A stretch of DNA of 64,000 nucleotides from Methanomassiliicoccaceae archaeon. Lineage in GTDB: Archaea; Thermoplasmatota; Thermoplasmata; Methanomassiliicoccales; UBA472. Below the pieces are notes generated by a model that saw only the letters and a list, made by a program, of their open reading frames with translations, did no database searches and was not told where the DNA came from. The translations under genes and the position numbers were made by a program. Below, piece by piece: positions 18,159-27,156 of this stretch (positions are counted from its first letter, which is position 1; each line of letters begins with the position of its first letter). The stretch covers positions 1,784 through 65,783 of the forward strand of contig CAWGZX010000003.1 in NCBI GenBank assembly GCA_963827135.1, read 5' to 3'.

Positions 18159-21100
18159 GTGCTTGTGCTCGCTGTCTCCATACCTGTGGCGCCGATGGTC
18201 ATGGATGCCGTGGATTACACCATGAGCACTGGAGGGACAGAGAATCTTCCCTCTGTCGAAGCGCAAGCTTACATCAACCAGAATTTCGGAGGATCGACCA
18301 CAGGCTCATCTGGAAGCATCATCCTCATCAATGCTGAGCCAGGCCGCATCTTCGATGATGAGATCAAATCCACGATCATGGACCTGACCGATCAACTCAA
18401 ACAGGAATCTATTGAGGGGGTCTTTGATGCTGATATCACCGTGACCACCATCTACACGGCTCTTTACGATTACACGGTTGTCTACATCGAGGTCATGGCC
18501 CCTTTGTATGCCCTTGGTTCAAATCTTTCGATCGCCATCCCCAATTACCTCTTCCAAGTTCCCTTAAGCTACTGGGACTCCTTCAACAATACGCAGGACG
18601 CCCTCCTCATGGAATATGGTATCCCTGAGTTGTATTACGGAAATTGGTTGATTGAGAATGAGAGCGGGGGCACGGTAACCGAGATCGACTCCCGCGCATA
18701 CGAAGATACATCTGAGGATGTCCGGACGTTGATTTCCGAGCGGCCGGGCCTCAATGCCACCGAAGTCACTTGCCTTTGGCTATACTTTGAATACTTCAGC
18801 GGCTCGTGGAACTCCACTGCCTCGAACCCATTCTATTCACAGCATCCATCAGGTCGCCTCCACAAGGCTATTATGGACGGGTATGCGGGCTTTATCGTCG
18901 ATCCTTTCATCATGGCCCAGGGCGATTTGTTCCGCCTCTACCTAACCGTTGTCCATGAGGGCTTTGACCTTACCAATTATCAGGATTTCCATCGCATCTC
19001 GCGGTTCAACGATTTGATATATCGAGGGATCCTGGATCGGATCCTTTCCCTATTGCCTGATGAGATCAACGAGGATTGTATCCTCTATTACACGACGTTC
19101 TACTCGCAATGGAACTCCTCAGATTCCGTTCCAACCTTCACAGAGTTCCATGGCTATGCTGATAATGCTGCCAATACGGTCATCAACGCAGCGGATGAGA
19201 TGGCAGCCGATCTCGTCCAGATCTATTACTTCGAACTTGGTTGGGAAAATAGAGATGACCAGGCCGCCATCAATCAGCTGACCGTGGAATATCTGGCCAC
19301 TGGAACAGAGACCGATCCATGGCTGGTGCAGACTATAATCGATCTGGGCGCTCGCCCGACGAGCTCTGAGGCATCGACACTTGCATCTGAGGTCGTGGCT
19401 AACTCGACCGTTGCCGATTATCCCATCGTAGTTCTTCCTCTCATCCCCATAGTCCTGGTAGGAGGCGAGAACGAATCCACCCTGATGATGGTGAGCTTTA
19501 GCCAGGATGGCAGGACCGTCTCGGGCGTGCAGTACGTGCAGACAATCAGGGACATGACGCAAGATGCGTTCTCGGGTCTCAATCAGGTCACCTGCTACGT
19601 CACCGGAGTGGACCCGATGACCTACGACGCAGAAGTGGCCATGGAAGAGGACCTGGCGATCATCGATCCGGTCGCGATTATTCTGATATTGGTCCTGGTG
19701 GGTCTCTACTTCAGGTCGCTCCTGGCCGCTGGCCTCCCGCCCGCGGCCATCGGCATCGCCTTGGGCATAAGTTTTGCCATCCTGTTCTTCGTTGCCGCCT
19801 ATCTCTTTAGCGTCAATTATCTGGTCATCACGCTGATGATCACGGCCACCTTAGGCGCGGGCTGTGATTACTGTATCTTCATCCTCAGCCGCTATCGGGA
19901 GGAGCGACGTAACGGCAAATCGAAGGAGGAGGCCGTCGAGGAGGCGGTCACTTGGGCAGGAGAGACCGTTACCACCAGTGCCGCTACTGTAATGATAGGC
20001 TTCGGAGCCTTGTTCTTCGCCAGTCTTGAGATCGTAATGTCGTTCGGGACGTTGGTGATCGGCATAATCATAGCTCTGTTGATCGCCCTGACCTTGATAC
20101 CCTCCCTACTCAGCATTTTCGGGGACAAGGTGTTCTGGCCATCTAAGCATACTCCTAAGCCCTCGAAGATAGGCATTCGTTACTTCACACATGCCGCGGA
20201 GTTCTCCATCAAGCATGCCAAGGTGCTCCTCGTGGTCGCGATCGTAATCTCGGTTCCAGCGATTTATCTTGTAGTGACGACGCCGACCTCTTATGATTTC
20301 ATTGAGACCTTGCCCGATTGCGAGTCCAAGCAAGGAATCGAATCCATGGAGGACACCTTCGGGGCGGGCATGATCTCCCCGACCATGGTAGCCTTGGACA
20401 TGTCTGGGTCGGTCTATATCGAAGGCCGGCAGTTCAACATCACCATGCTTGATGCCATCGAGAACATGTGCCATGACCTCGACTCCGTTCCCGGGGTCCA
20501 GCAGATGTTCAGCCCTACTCGGCCCTATGGCGTGTTAATCGATTATGCTAACATCAGTGAGCAGCACACCGTGGAGGCGGCAGAGAGCCTGGCCGTTATG
20601 CATGCCATGGTCGGAAAGGGGAACGACAGCGTCCTGATCAATATCATTTTTCTTGAGAACCCCTACAGCGATCAGGCAATGGGTAACATCGAGGAGATAA
20701 GGGGCATCGCCTCGGACATTAGCCAGGAGGGGTCAGAGATCGACGTCGCATATGTCGGCGGGGGCACAGCCATGATGTATGACTTCGCCTCCGCCATGAC
20801 CGATGATTTCCTGTTGATAATAGGGGTGGCGATAGTCCTTATCTACATCGTACTGATGATCGTGCTCGGCTCGGTGCTGAACCCTCTGCGCTCGATCCTG
20901 ACTATCCTCCTCTCCATCTTCTGGACGCTTGCCATCACCAGCCTTGTGTTCCAATGGAGCATGGACATGTACCTGAACTTCGAGGTGCCCTTGATCCTGA
21001 TGGTGGTCTGCCTCGGCCTCGGAATGGACTATGACATCCTGCTCTCCACCCGCATACGCGAGGAGGTGCACAAGGGCATGTCCACCAACGATGCCATAAA

Positions 21101-21350
21101 GCACAGCATGCTCCAGACCGGGGGCATCATCACCACCTGCGGAGTGGTCATGGCCTCAGCCTTCGGCTCCCTGATAATCACAGGCAACCCCATGCTCATG
21201 CAGTTCGGGATGGCCTTGATGGTGGCGATCCTGCTGGATGCCACGATCGTGCGGACCTACCTCGTGCCAGCGATAATGTCGCTGCTTGGAAAGTGGAACT
21301 GGTGGGCGCCTAGGTGGATCCAAAGGAAGGGGGAGGAGAAGAGGCTATAA
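18159..21350 (+). CDS. MMPL-family (RND superfamily) transporter
   Basis: 1063 aa. Two 6-TM bundles, each followed by a large soluble loop. GAGCDYCIFILSRYREE and GLGMDYDILLSTRIREE are the duplicated MMPL motifs. First canonical start is GTG 18159, but the conserved N-terminus appears to begin upstream (see findings). Confidence 0.85.
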   Translation: MLVLAVSIPVAPMVMDAVDYTMSTGGTENLPSVEAQAYINQNFGGSTTGSSGSIILINAEPGRIFDDEIKSTIMDLTDQLKQESIEGVFDADITVTTIYTALYDYTVVYIEVMAPLYALGSNLSIAIPNYLFQVPLSYWDSFNNTQDALLMEYGIPELYYGNWLIENESGGTVTEIDSRAYEDTSEDVRTLISERPGLNATEVTCLWLYFEYFSGSWNSTASNPFYSQHPSGRLHKAIMDGYAGFIVDPFIMAQGDLFRLYLTVVHEGFDLTNYQDFHRISRFNDLIYRGILDRILSLLPDEINEDCILYYTTFYSQWNSSDSVPTFTEFHGYADNAANTVINAADEMAADLVQIYYFELGWENRDDQAAINQLTVEYLATGTETDPWLVQTIIDLGARPTSSEASTLASEVVANSTVADYPIVVLPLIPIVLVGGENESTLMMVSFSQDGRTVSGVQYVQTIRDMTQDAFSGLNQVTCYVTGVDPMTYDAEVAMEEDLAIIDPVAIILILVLVGLYFRSLLAAGLPPAAIGIALGISFAILFFVAAYLFSVNYLVITLMITATLGAGCDYCIFILSRYREERRNGKSKEEAVEEAVTWAGETVTTSAATVMIGFGALFFASLEIVMSFGTLVIGIIIALLIALTLIPSLLSIFGDKVFWPSKHTPKPSKIGIRYFTHAAEFSIKHAKVLLVVAIVISVPAIYLVVTTPTSYDFIETLPDCESKQGIESMEDTFGAGMISPTMVALDMSGSVYIEGRQFNITMLDAIENMCHDLDSVPGVQQMFSPTRPYGVLIDYANISEQHTVEAAESLAVMHAMVGKGNDSVLINIIFLENPYSDQAMGNIEEIRGIASDISQEGSEIDVAYVGGGTAMMYDFASAMTDDFLLIIGVAIVLIYIVLMIVLGSVLNPLRSILTILLSIFWTLAITSLVFQWSMDMYLNFEVPLILMVVCLGLGMDYDILLSTRIREEVHKGMSTNDAIKHSMLQTGGIITTCGVVMASAFGSLIITGNPMLMQFGMALMVAILLDATIVRTYLVPAIMSLLGKWNWWAPRWIQRKGEEKRL

Positions 21351-21459
21351 CTGGCAGGACTGTAGCTAGGCTCTCATTTCCATTAGAATGAGGATTCGTC
21401 TTGGAATCCATTAAACGTTCTGCAAACGCATAATTAACATCATCGCATTCGCCCCCAGG

Positions 21460-21738
21460 ATGTCGGCTATCCTGATATTCCTGATCATATTGGTGCTGTT
21501 CATTCTTAACCTATCAGTCATGCTCCTCTACCGCCACGATAAGATCAGAGCGAGGAAAGGAGGAAGGCGCATTCCAGAGAGCACTCTACTTTGGGCGGCG
21601 CTGATTGCCCCCTTCGGCGCAGCGTATGGCATGCGCATCTTCCACCACAAGACCCGCCACCGGAAATTCCTTCTAGTGTACGTCTTCATGGTCCTGCATC
21701 TCGCCATAATCGTTTACCTCGTCTATGCCATGATCTGA
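21460..21738 (+). CDS. DUF1294-family membrane protein
   Basis: 92 aa. YRHDKIRARKGGRRIPESTLL...GMRIFHHKTRHRKF matches the DUF1294 pattern as I recall it. Confidence 0.65.
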   Translation: MSAILIFLIILVLFILNLSVMLLYRHDKIRARKGGRRIPESTLLWAALIAPFGAAYGMRIFHHKTRHRKFLLVYVFMVLHLAIIVYLVYAMI

Positions 21739-21808
21739 GCTCTTTCCATCGCATTACTCAGAAACCGATTTATGCCTCGAAGCGCTCTACCCGACGAGGG
21801 GATAGCAA

Positions 21809-22195
21809 GTGCAATGCAGCAATTGTGGGGCAGCCATCCAAGAAGGTAAGGAAGCCTGTCCGTCATGTGGCTCGTCTGTCAGCCATTTCCGGCTCGAGGA
21901 CCTGGACCTAATCCGTCGGTTCAAGGTCGGGGAGAAGGTATCCGGAGGTTTCGGCATAGTGGCTAAGTTCGTCGATGATGTGATGAAGTCCTTCAACTCC
22001 CACCTGATCGCACCCTACATCAAGTACCGTATGAGGGCTCTGCAGACGGTGATGGCGGTCATCTTGGTCGTGGTCCTGGTTTCTGCCGTACTGGCCTACC
22101 TCGAGGTCATCACCGGAGAGGCGTTCGTGTTCCTTGTGGGCATCGTATTGGGCTTTGTCCTGGCCAGCCTGAGCCGGATGTTCAGCGCTTTCTAA
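21809..22195 (+). CDS. Zinc-ribbon membrane protein
   Basis: GTG start. CSNCG-x10-CPSCG, then two hydrophobic helices. 128 aa. Confidence 0.5.
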   Translation: MQCSNCGAAIQEGKEACPSCGSSVSHFRLEDLDLIRRFKVGEKVSGGFGIVAKFVDDVMKSFNSHLIAPYIKYRMRALQTVMAVILVVVLVSAVLAYLEVITGEAFVFLVGIVLGFVLASLSRMFSAF

Positions 22196-22767
22196 TCCTT
22201 TACTTTCTTCCGATATTCCTTTCCTACCTTGTAGGCGTCCGCCACCTTCTCGCCTAGGGAGAGATAAGGTCCCTCTGGCATCCAAAGGAGCAAGGGGTCG
22301 ATCTTCGACGGGTCGGTTTTGCCTTTTGTCATCCTTCCCTCTTCCACATGGACCTCTTCAATTTCTCCGAGGACCAGGTCGACACCCTCCATCTCGATCA
22401 CTTTGACCATCCGACATTCGATCGAGATCGGGCAGTCGTCGATCATAGGCGCCGTGGCCAACTTGCCATAGCTAACCTGGAAGATCTCGGACTTATCAAC
22501 GGAACGGCCAGACCTAAGGCCGCAATAATCGGTCTTCATAGCCAGTTCCCGGCCAGGGATGTTGACGCTGAAAGTCCCGTTCTCTATGATACCGTCCTTG
22601 GTCCTCCGTTTCTTGCCCATGACCAGGCCGATGGTCGGAGGCTCGTCGTCGATCATGGTGAACCAGGCCACAGTACAGAAGTTAGGGCGCCCTTCCACGG
22701 TCGATCCGACCAAGCACACAGGCAGAGCCAATGGTGGCAAGCACTTTCCTAGATCCTTCTTCGCCAT
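22192..22767 (-). CDS. Flavin reductase-like FMN-binding domain protein
   Basis: PVCLVGSTVEGRPNFCTVAWFTMI and the overall size are typical of the flavin reductase-like domain. Start trimmed to MAKKDL (ATG 22767). Confidence 0.7.
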   Translation of the reverse strand: MAKKDLGKCLPPLALPVCLVGSTVEGRPNFCTVAWFTMIDDEPPTIGLVMGKKRRTKDGIIENGTFSVNIPGRELAMKTDYCGLRSGRSVDKSEIFQVSYGKLATAPMIDDCPISIECRMVKVIEMEGVDLVLGEIEEVHVEEGRMTKGKTDPSKIDPLLLWMPEGPYLSLGEKVADAYKVGKEYRKKVKD

Positions 22768-22876
22768 GTGAATCGATGTATGAATGCCATAGAGTATCTT
22801 AGATTTCGTTATTGATAGCAAGGAGTAAAAATCCGGAGGAAAAGGTTTCATCGATATGGGCCATGCCCCAACTCCC

Positions 22877-23458
22877 CTAGCTGTAAATCGCGGTTATGTT
22901 GGTATTGGTGAGGATGATGGCCCCTTGCGGGTCGACATCCGAGGTCGTCCTCTGCAGGAGATAGAATCCGCCTCTTGTCCAGATGTCCACTGTGTAGGTG
23001 TTACCTATGCTTTCATAACTGTACTGGTAGTGATGGGCGCTTACCTCTCCCCACTCAGTGTCCACGGTGTCCGTTCCTAGGTCGGTCACAGTGTAGGTTA
23101 TATCGTCCACCATGCTGGAAGCATAGGCGAATCCCGTAGAATTCGCTGGCCAATGCATCGTCTGCGTCATAAGTTCAATCCTGGCGGGATTGAGATAGCT
23201 GGCCTCTACCGTTATCCATTCGTCATCGATGTCGGTTATGGTGTACCTAACGTAGCCGGATGGGTCCCCAGGGTCATACCCTGTATAATAGTAGAAGGTC
23301 CCGTATTCTACGAAATCCCCTTCATGGAAAGTCTCCTCGCCTCCCCCATTCCCCCCGTCACCTGAGAGATAGAAGAAAACGACCACAGCGATCAGAGCCA
23401 CACTGATCACCGCCACGATTGCCACTATCATCGCTTTGGATAAACCTACGTTCGCCAT
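22877..23458 (-). CDS. Hypothetical N-terminally anchored extracellular protein
   Basis: 193 aa. TM helix AMIVAIVAVISVALIAVVVFFYL, a Gly-rich linker, then a Tyr/Thr/Asp-rich beta-like domain. No family recognised. Confidence 0.55.
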   Translation of the reverse strand: MANVGLSKAMIVAIVAVISVALIAVVVFFYLSGDGGNGGGEETFHEGDFVEYGTFYYYTGYDPGDPSGYVRYTITDIDDEWITVEASYLNPARIELMTQTMHWPANSTGFAYASSMVDDITYTVTDLGTDTVDTEWGEVSAHHYQYSYESIGNTYTVDIWTRGGFYLLQRTTSDVDPQGAIILTNTNITAIYS

Positions 23459-23626
23459 TGATCTCAGACCCCCCTCCCATCCAATACAGGGTTGGAGCAG
23501 TCAGGACATAATTGTATCGATGATGATGTGGATTCGATGGATGCACAATTCCGATGCAAATGACAGATGTGTTCTTGAAAGTTTAATAAAGAGAAGATTG
23601 AAAAAATAAAAGATTAGAGGAGGTAC

Positions 23627-23815
23627 CTAGTACCTGTCTCTCTTCGGCTTGTGCTTCGCGTAGCAATCCCTGCAGTAAACCGGCCTGCCCTCGGTCGGCT
23701 TGAATGGAACCTGGCACTGCTGTCCGCAGTCGGAACAAGTCACATCGTGCATCTCGCGCGGGCCGTCGTCTCGCCTTCCGCCTCTGTATCCACCGCTTCT
23801 CGGTTTTCCGTACAT
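23627..23815 (-). CDS. CxxC-x17-CxxC zinc-ribbon small protein with RGG-like N-terminus
   Basis: 62 aa. GGYRGGRRDDG, then CSDCG-x17-CRDC and a basic tail. AGGAGG-like sequence upstream. Confidence 0.65.
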   Translation of the reverse strand: MYGKPRSGGYRGGRRDDGPREMHDVTCSDCGQQCQVPFKPTEGRPVYCRDCYAKHKPKRDRY

Positions 23816-24075
23816 TACTAATCTACCTATGTTGGCTATATGCCCTCAACCATCTCGTTATCGAAGAAGGATTGCTCCTCCAGTGCACTGGGATGGGTGC
23901 GAACGGGTTGTCATATCAACTGATGGTATTTAATATCTTGCAGAAAAGTCTCCATACGTATCGAGACTCAATCCCAAACAACGTGCTCCGGGCCAGCATC
24001 GTGCGTTAAAAGCCCAGGGTCCGTGCTAGCACCTTGCACAAAAAAGGGATGACGGCCTAAGCGCATATTATCGCG

Positions 24076-25248
24076 ATGGTTTCGAGAAGAGCCTCCTCCG
24101 TACAATATTCCGCCATAAGGGAAATCTTTGACAAGGCTCCCAAAGGAGCTCTCAATATGGGGATAGGGGAGCCGGACTTCGGCCCTCCTGCTAGCCTACT
24201 GGAGGGGATGCGCCTAGCCCTGGACAAAGGCATGGACGGCTATGGTCCTACCAAAGGCCTGCCCGAGCTTCGCACCGGCATCGCCGAGATGCTTCAAAGG
24301 CATAACTCGAGCATCACCGAGGACAACGTCATGATTACCTGTGGAGCCACCCAGGGGATCATGAGCGCCTACCAGACCCTCTTCGATCCTGCGGGTGAGG
24401 TGTTGACACCCGACCCAGGGTTCGTGCTCTATTCGCCCGACGCCTTGCTTGTCGACGCCGAGCCAGTACCTTACTACATTTGGGAAGAGGATGGCTTCGA
24501 GCCCAACCCAGAGATGCTGAAGAGCCTGATCAATCCCAGGACCGAGGGCATAGTGGTGAACAGCCCAGGCAATCCCACTGGAGGAACTCTGTCGAAGGCC
24601 ACGGTCAAGGCCATTGCCGACTTGGCTCAGGACAACGGGCTATACATCATCTCCGATGAGGTCTACGACCGTTTCGTCTACGAGGGTGAGCATCACTCTT
24701 TCCTCCCCTACCTGGAGAACTCCATCGTCGTCAACTCCTTCTCCAAGTGCCTGGGGATTCCCGGTTGGAGGGTCGGGTACGTTGTGGCTGAGAAAAGCAT
24801 CATAGACCAGCTGGCTAAGATCAACTACTATGCCATCGCGTGCCCTGTCACCCCGGTCCAGTTCGCCGTGGCCAATGCTTTGAAGGACATAGAACCCTTC
24901 ATGGCCTCGCATCTTAGAGATTACGATGAACGGAGGAGGCTGGTTGTCTCCCTTATCAACGACATACCTGGCTTCCAATGTCCCCTGCCCAAGGGCGCCT
25001 TCTACGCCTTCCCCTCGTACGATCATGATATCACCTGCCTGGAGCTCGTGGACAAGGTCCTTGGTTCCGGTGTGGTATGCATCCCGGGTTGCGCCTTCGG
25101 GGACGCTGGGGATGGCCATCTGAGGTTCTCCTACGCCACATCCACAGAGACAATCAAAGCAGGTTTGGAGAAGGTCGAGGAGGTCATGGACGGGATACAG
25201 CGGCTCCCCAGGTCGGTCTGCTCGTTGAAGAAGGGGAGGCCGTGCTGA
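24076..25248 (+). CDS. Class I/II (aspartate-type) PLP aminotransferase
   Basis: 390 aa. NSFSKCLGIPGWRVGY holds the PLP lysine. GEPDF and NPTG motifs present. The C-terminal 19 aa look like non-native read-through. Confidence 0.85.
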   Translation: MVSRRASSVQYSAIREIFDKAPKGALNMGIGEPDFGPPASLLEGMRLALDKGMDGYGPTKGLPELRTGIAEMLQRHNSSITEDNVMITCGATQGIMSAYQTLFDPAGEVLTPDPGFVLYSPDALLVDAEPVPYYIWEEDGFEPNPEMLKSLINPRTEGIVVNSPGNPTGGTLSKATVKAIADLAQDNGLYIISDEVYDRFVYEGEHHSFLPYLENSIVVNSFSKCLGIPGWRVGYVVAEKSIIDQLAKINYYAIACPVTPVQFAVANALKDIEPFMASHLRDYDERRRLVVSLINDIPGFQCPLPKGAFYAFPSYDHDITCLELVDKVLGSGVVCIPGCAFGDAGDGHLRFSYATSTETIKAGLEKVEEVMDGIQRLPRSVCSLKKGRPC

Positions 25249-25303
25249 ACCGGTACGATGTCATAAGCGTCCGCTCCATGCTCCTTGTGAGCGAGGGCAT
25301 CGT

Positions 25304-25732
25304 GTGCTGCATGTCTCCCAGGTGCTGGAGGACGCCATGGCCTCCGGCCGCCTGCGCCTCAAGACGGTCCCCGAGAACCAGGTGGCGATAACCTATCATG
25401 ACCCTTGCCACCTCGGACGGGTCGGGGGCATCTACGAGCCGCCTAGGCGGGTGCTAAGCGCGGTGCCTGGCATAAGGTTGAGGGAGCTGTCGCGCAACCG
25501 GGAGAACAGCGCCTGGTGCGGCTCAGGGGCAGGGGTGAAGACGGCCAGGCACAACCTGGTGGCCTCCATAGGGGCTAGGTGCTTGGACATGGTCAGAGAG
25601 ACCAACGCTCAAGAGGTGGTATCCTGTTGTCCCTGGTGCGAGCAGAACTTCGAGGACAGCATCAAGTCCACTGGGTCGCGGGCATGGAAGGTCAGGGATC
25701 TGGTGGACATCGTCAGCGCTGCCCTCGAGTGA
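25304..25732 (+). pseudogene. HdrD/GlcF-like Fe-S protein remnant (single C-terminal CCG domain only)
   Basis: 142 aa. ITYHDPCHLGR ... AWCGSGAG ... SCCPWCEQ is one cysteine-rich CCG repeat, with CCG degraded to WCG. No ferredoxin or first CCG domain lies upstream in any frame. Confidence 0.5.
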
Positions 25733-25736
25733 GACC

Positions 25737-26468
25737 ATGACCAAGAACCACGAAAGCAGCGACCCGAGGATCGAGCAGGTGCGCTTCGAGAACGAGATCA
25801 AGCGGGTCGAGAGCGCCCTGATGGAGGACCTGGGTCTGTCGTTCGGCCGAAAGGAGCGCCTCCATCAAGCCTTCCAGCACCGTTCCTACCTGCGTGAAGA
25901 TGAATGGACCAAGTCCTACGAGAGGTTGGAGTTCTTGGGGGACAGGGTGCTGGAGCTGTGCGTAGGCGCATGGCTTTTCAAGACGCGGACCGATGGGGAC
26001 GAGGGGGAGCTCTCCCAAGAGATCGCCTGGAGGGTCGACGAGGCCAACCTCGCCCTGGTGGAGGAGAGCTTGCACATCAAGAGGGCGATGCGCCTGGGCC
26101 ATAGCCTGACCTTGGAGGACATATCGGACAGGATGGTGGCGGACGTGGTCGAGGCCATCATAGGGGCGATCTACCTGGAGTTCGATCTGGATGCCGCCTG
26201 GCGCTTCATCGAGACCTACGTACCATTGAACGGGGATCCCCCGGAGAGCTTCCATGCCACCAACCAGCTCCTGGAGCGGTGCAGGGAGCTGAGGCTCGAG
26301 CCGCCCCAGTTCATCGAGGTCAAGGAAGGCCCGGAGAACCAGGCGGTATGGAAGGTGGAATGCGTGATAGGCGACAGGCGGACCCTCGGGGAGGCCAAGC
26401 AGAAGCGGGAAGCGAGGAAGAGGGCATGTCAAGTCATGCTCCCCTTACTGTCTGGCAAGAGCGTTTGA
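25737..26468 (+). CDS. rnc: Ribonuclease III (bacterial type, with dsRBD)
   Basis: ERLEFLGDRVLEL signature, DVVEAIIGAIYLE, and a C-terminal dsRNA-binding-like region ending GEAKQKREARKRACQ. 243 aa. Confidence 0.85.
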   Translation: MTKNHESSDPRIEQVRFENEIKRVESALMEDLGLSFGRKERLHQAFQHRSYLREDEWTKSYERLEFLGDRVLELCVGAWLFKTRTDGDEGELSQEIAWRVDEANLALVEESLHIKRAMRLGHSLTLEDISDRMVADVVEAIIGAIYLEFDLDAAWRFIETYVPLNGDPPESFHATNQLLERCRELRLEPPQFIEVKEGPENQAVWKVECVIGDRRTLGEAKQKREARKRACQVMLPLLSGKSV

Positions 26469-26529
26469 TGCCCATTTTAAATAGCAGGAATCCCTCTCCG
26501 TGATAATCTAATAATGAGAGGATTTCACC

Positions 26530-27093
26530 ATGGCACCGAAGAAGTCATCCAAGTCCAGCCCTAAGCCGAAGCAGAAGCAGCCCGCACCAAAGAAGAAGCC
26601 GGCGGCCGAGGAGGAGCACGTCCACGACGAGAGCTGTTGCTGCGTGACCGCCGCACAGGAGCTCTTCGGCAAGAACGCGGAGCGGTCATACGCCCTACGG
26701 GACCTATGGCTCGAGCCGCTGGCCGCATCGGTGGACCAGCAGGTGGCCCCGGAGTCCAATAAGCGCGAGATGCTCTTCCTGACCCTCAGCAACTCCATCC
26801 TGGATATGATGATGGACATCCTCCCGGAGGAGGTGGCCATTGTCCTAGCCGAGAACATCGATGACTATCTGGCCGTGACCCTGATCAACAAGAAGTATGA
26901 CGTCGACCTGCTAAAGGCCTTCCAGGAGGAGTTCATCGCCAAGAAGGGCACCGAATTCGACACCGAAGAGAAGCTGGCCGATGCTCTGGCCGCTTTCGAG
27001 GACGAGTTCTGGAACGGCCCCCGAAAGGACCTCAAGGGCAAGTCCCCCAATCAGGTGGTCGAAGCCGCCCTGAAGCACTACGACCTGATCTGA
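26530..27093 (+). CDS. Hypothetical protein with Lys/Pro-rich N-terminal tail
   Basis: 187 aa. KKSSKSSPKPKQKQPAPKKKP, then a CCC triplet and an acidic helical body. No family recognised. Confidence 0.5.
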   Translation: MAPKKSSKSSPKPKQKQPAPKKKPAAEEEHVHDESCCCVTAAQELFGKNAERSYALRDLWLEPLAASVDQQVAPESNKREMLFLTLSNSILDMMMDILPEEVAIVLAENIDDYLAVTLINKKYDVDLLKAFQEEFIAKKGTEFDTEEKLADALAAFEDEFWNGPRKDLKGKSPNQVVEAALKHYDLI

Positions 27094-27156
27094 GCCAAGA
27101 AGAACGCCCGGTGGCCGAGCAAACCGTTTAATGCGGACAAGTGCATCGAGCCAGCG

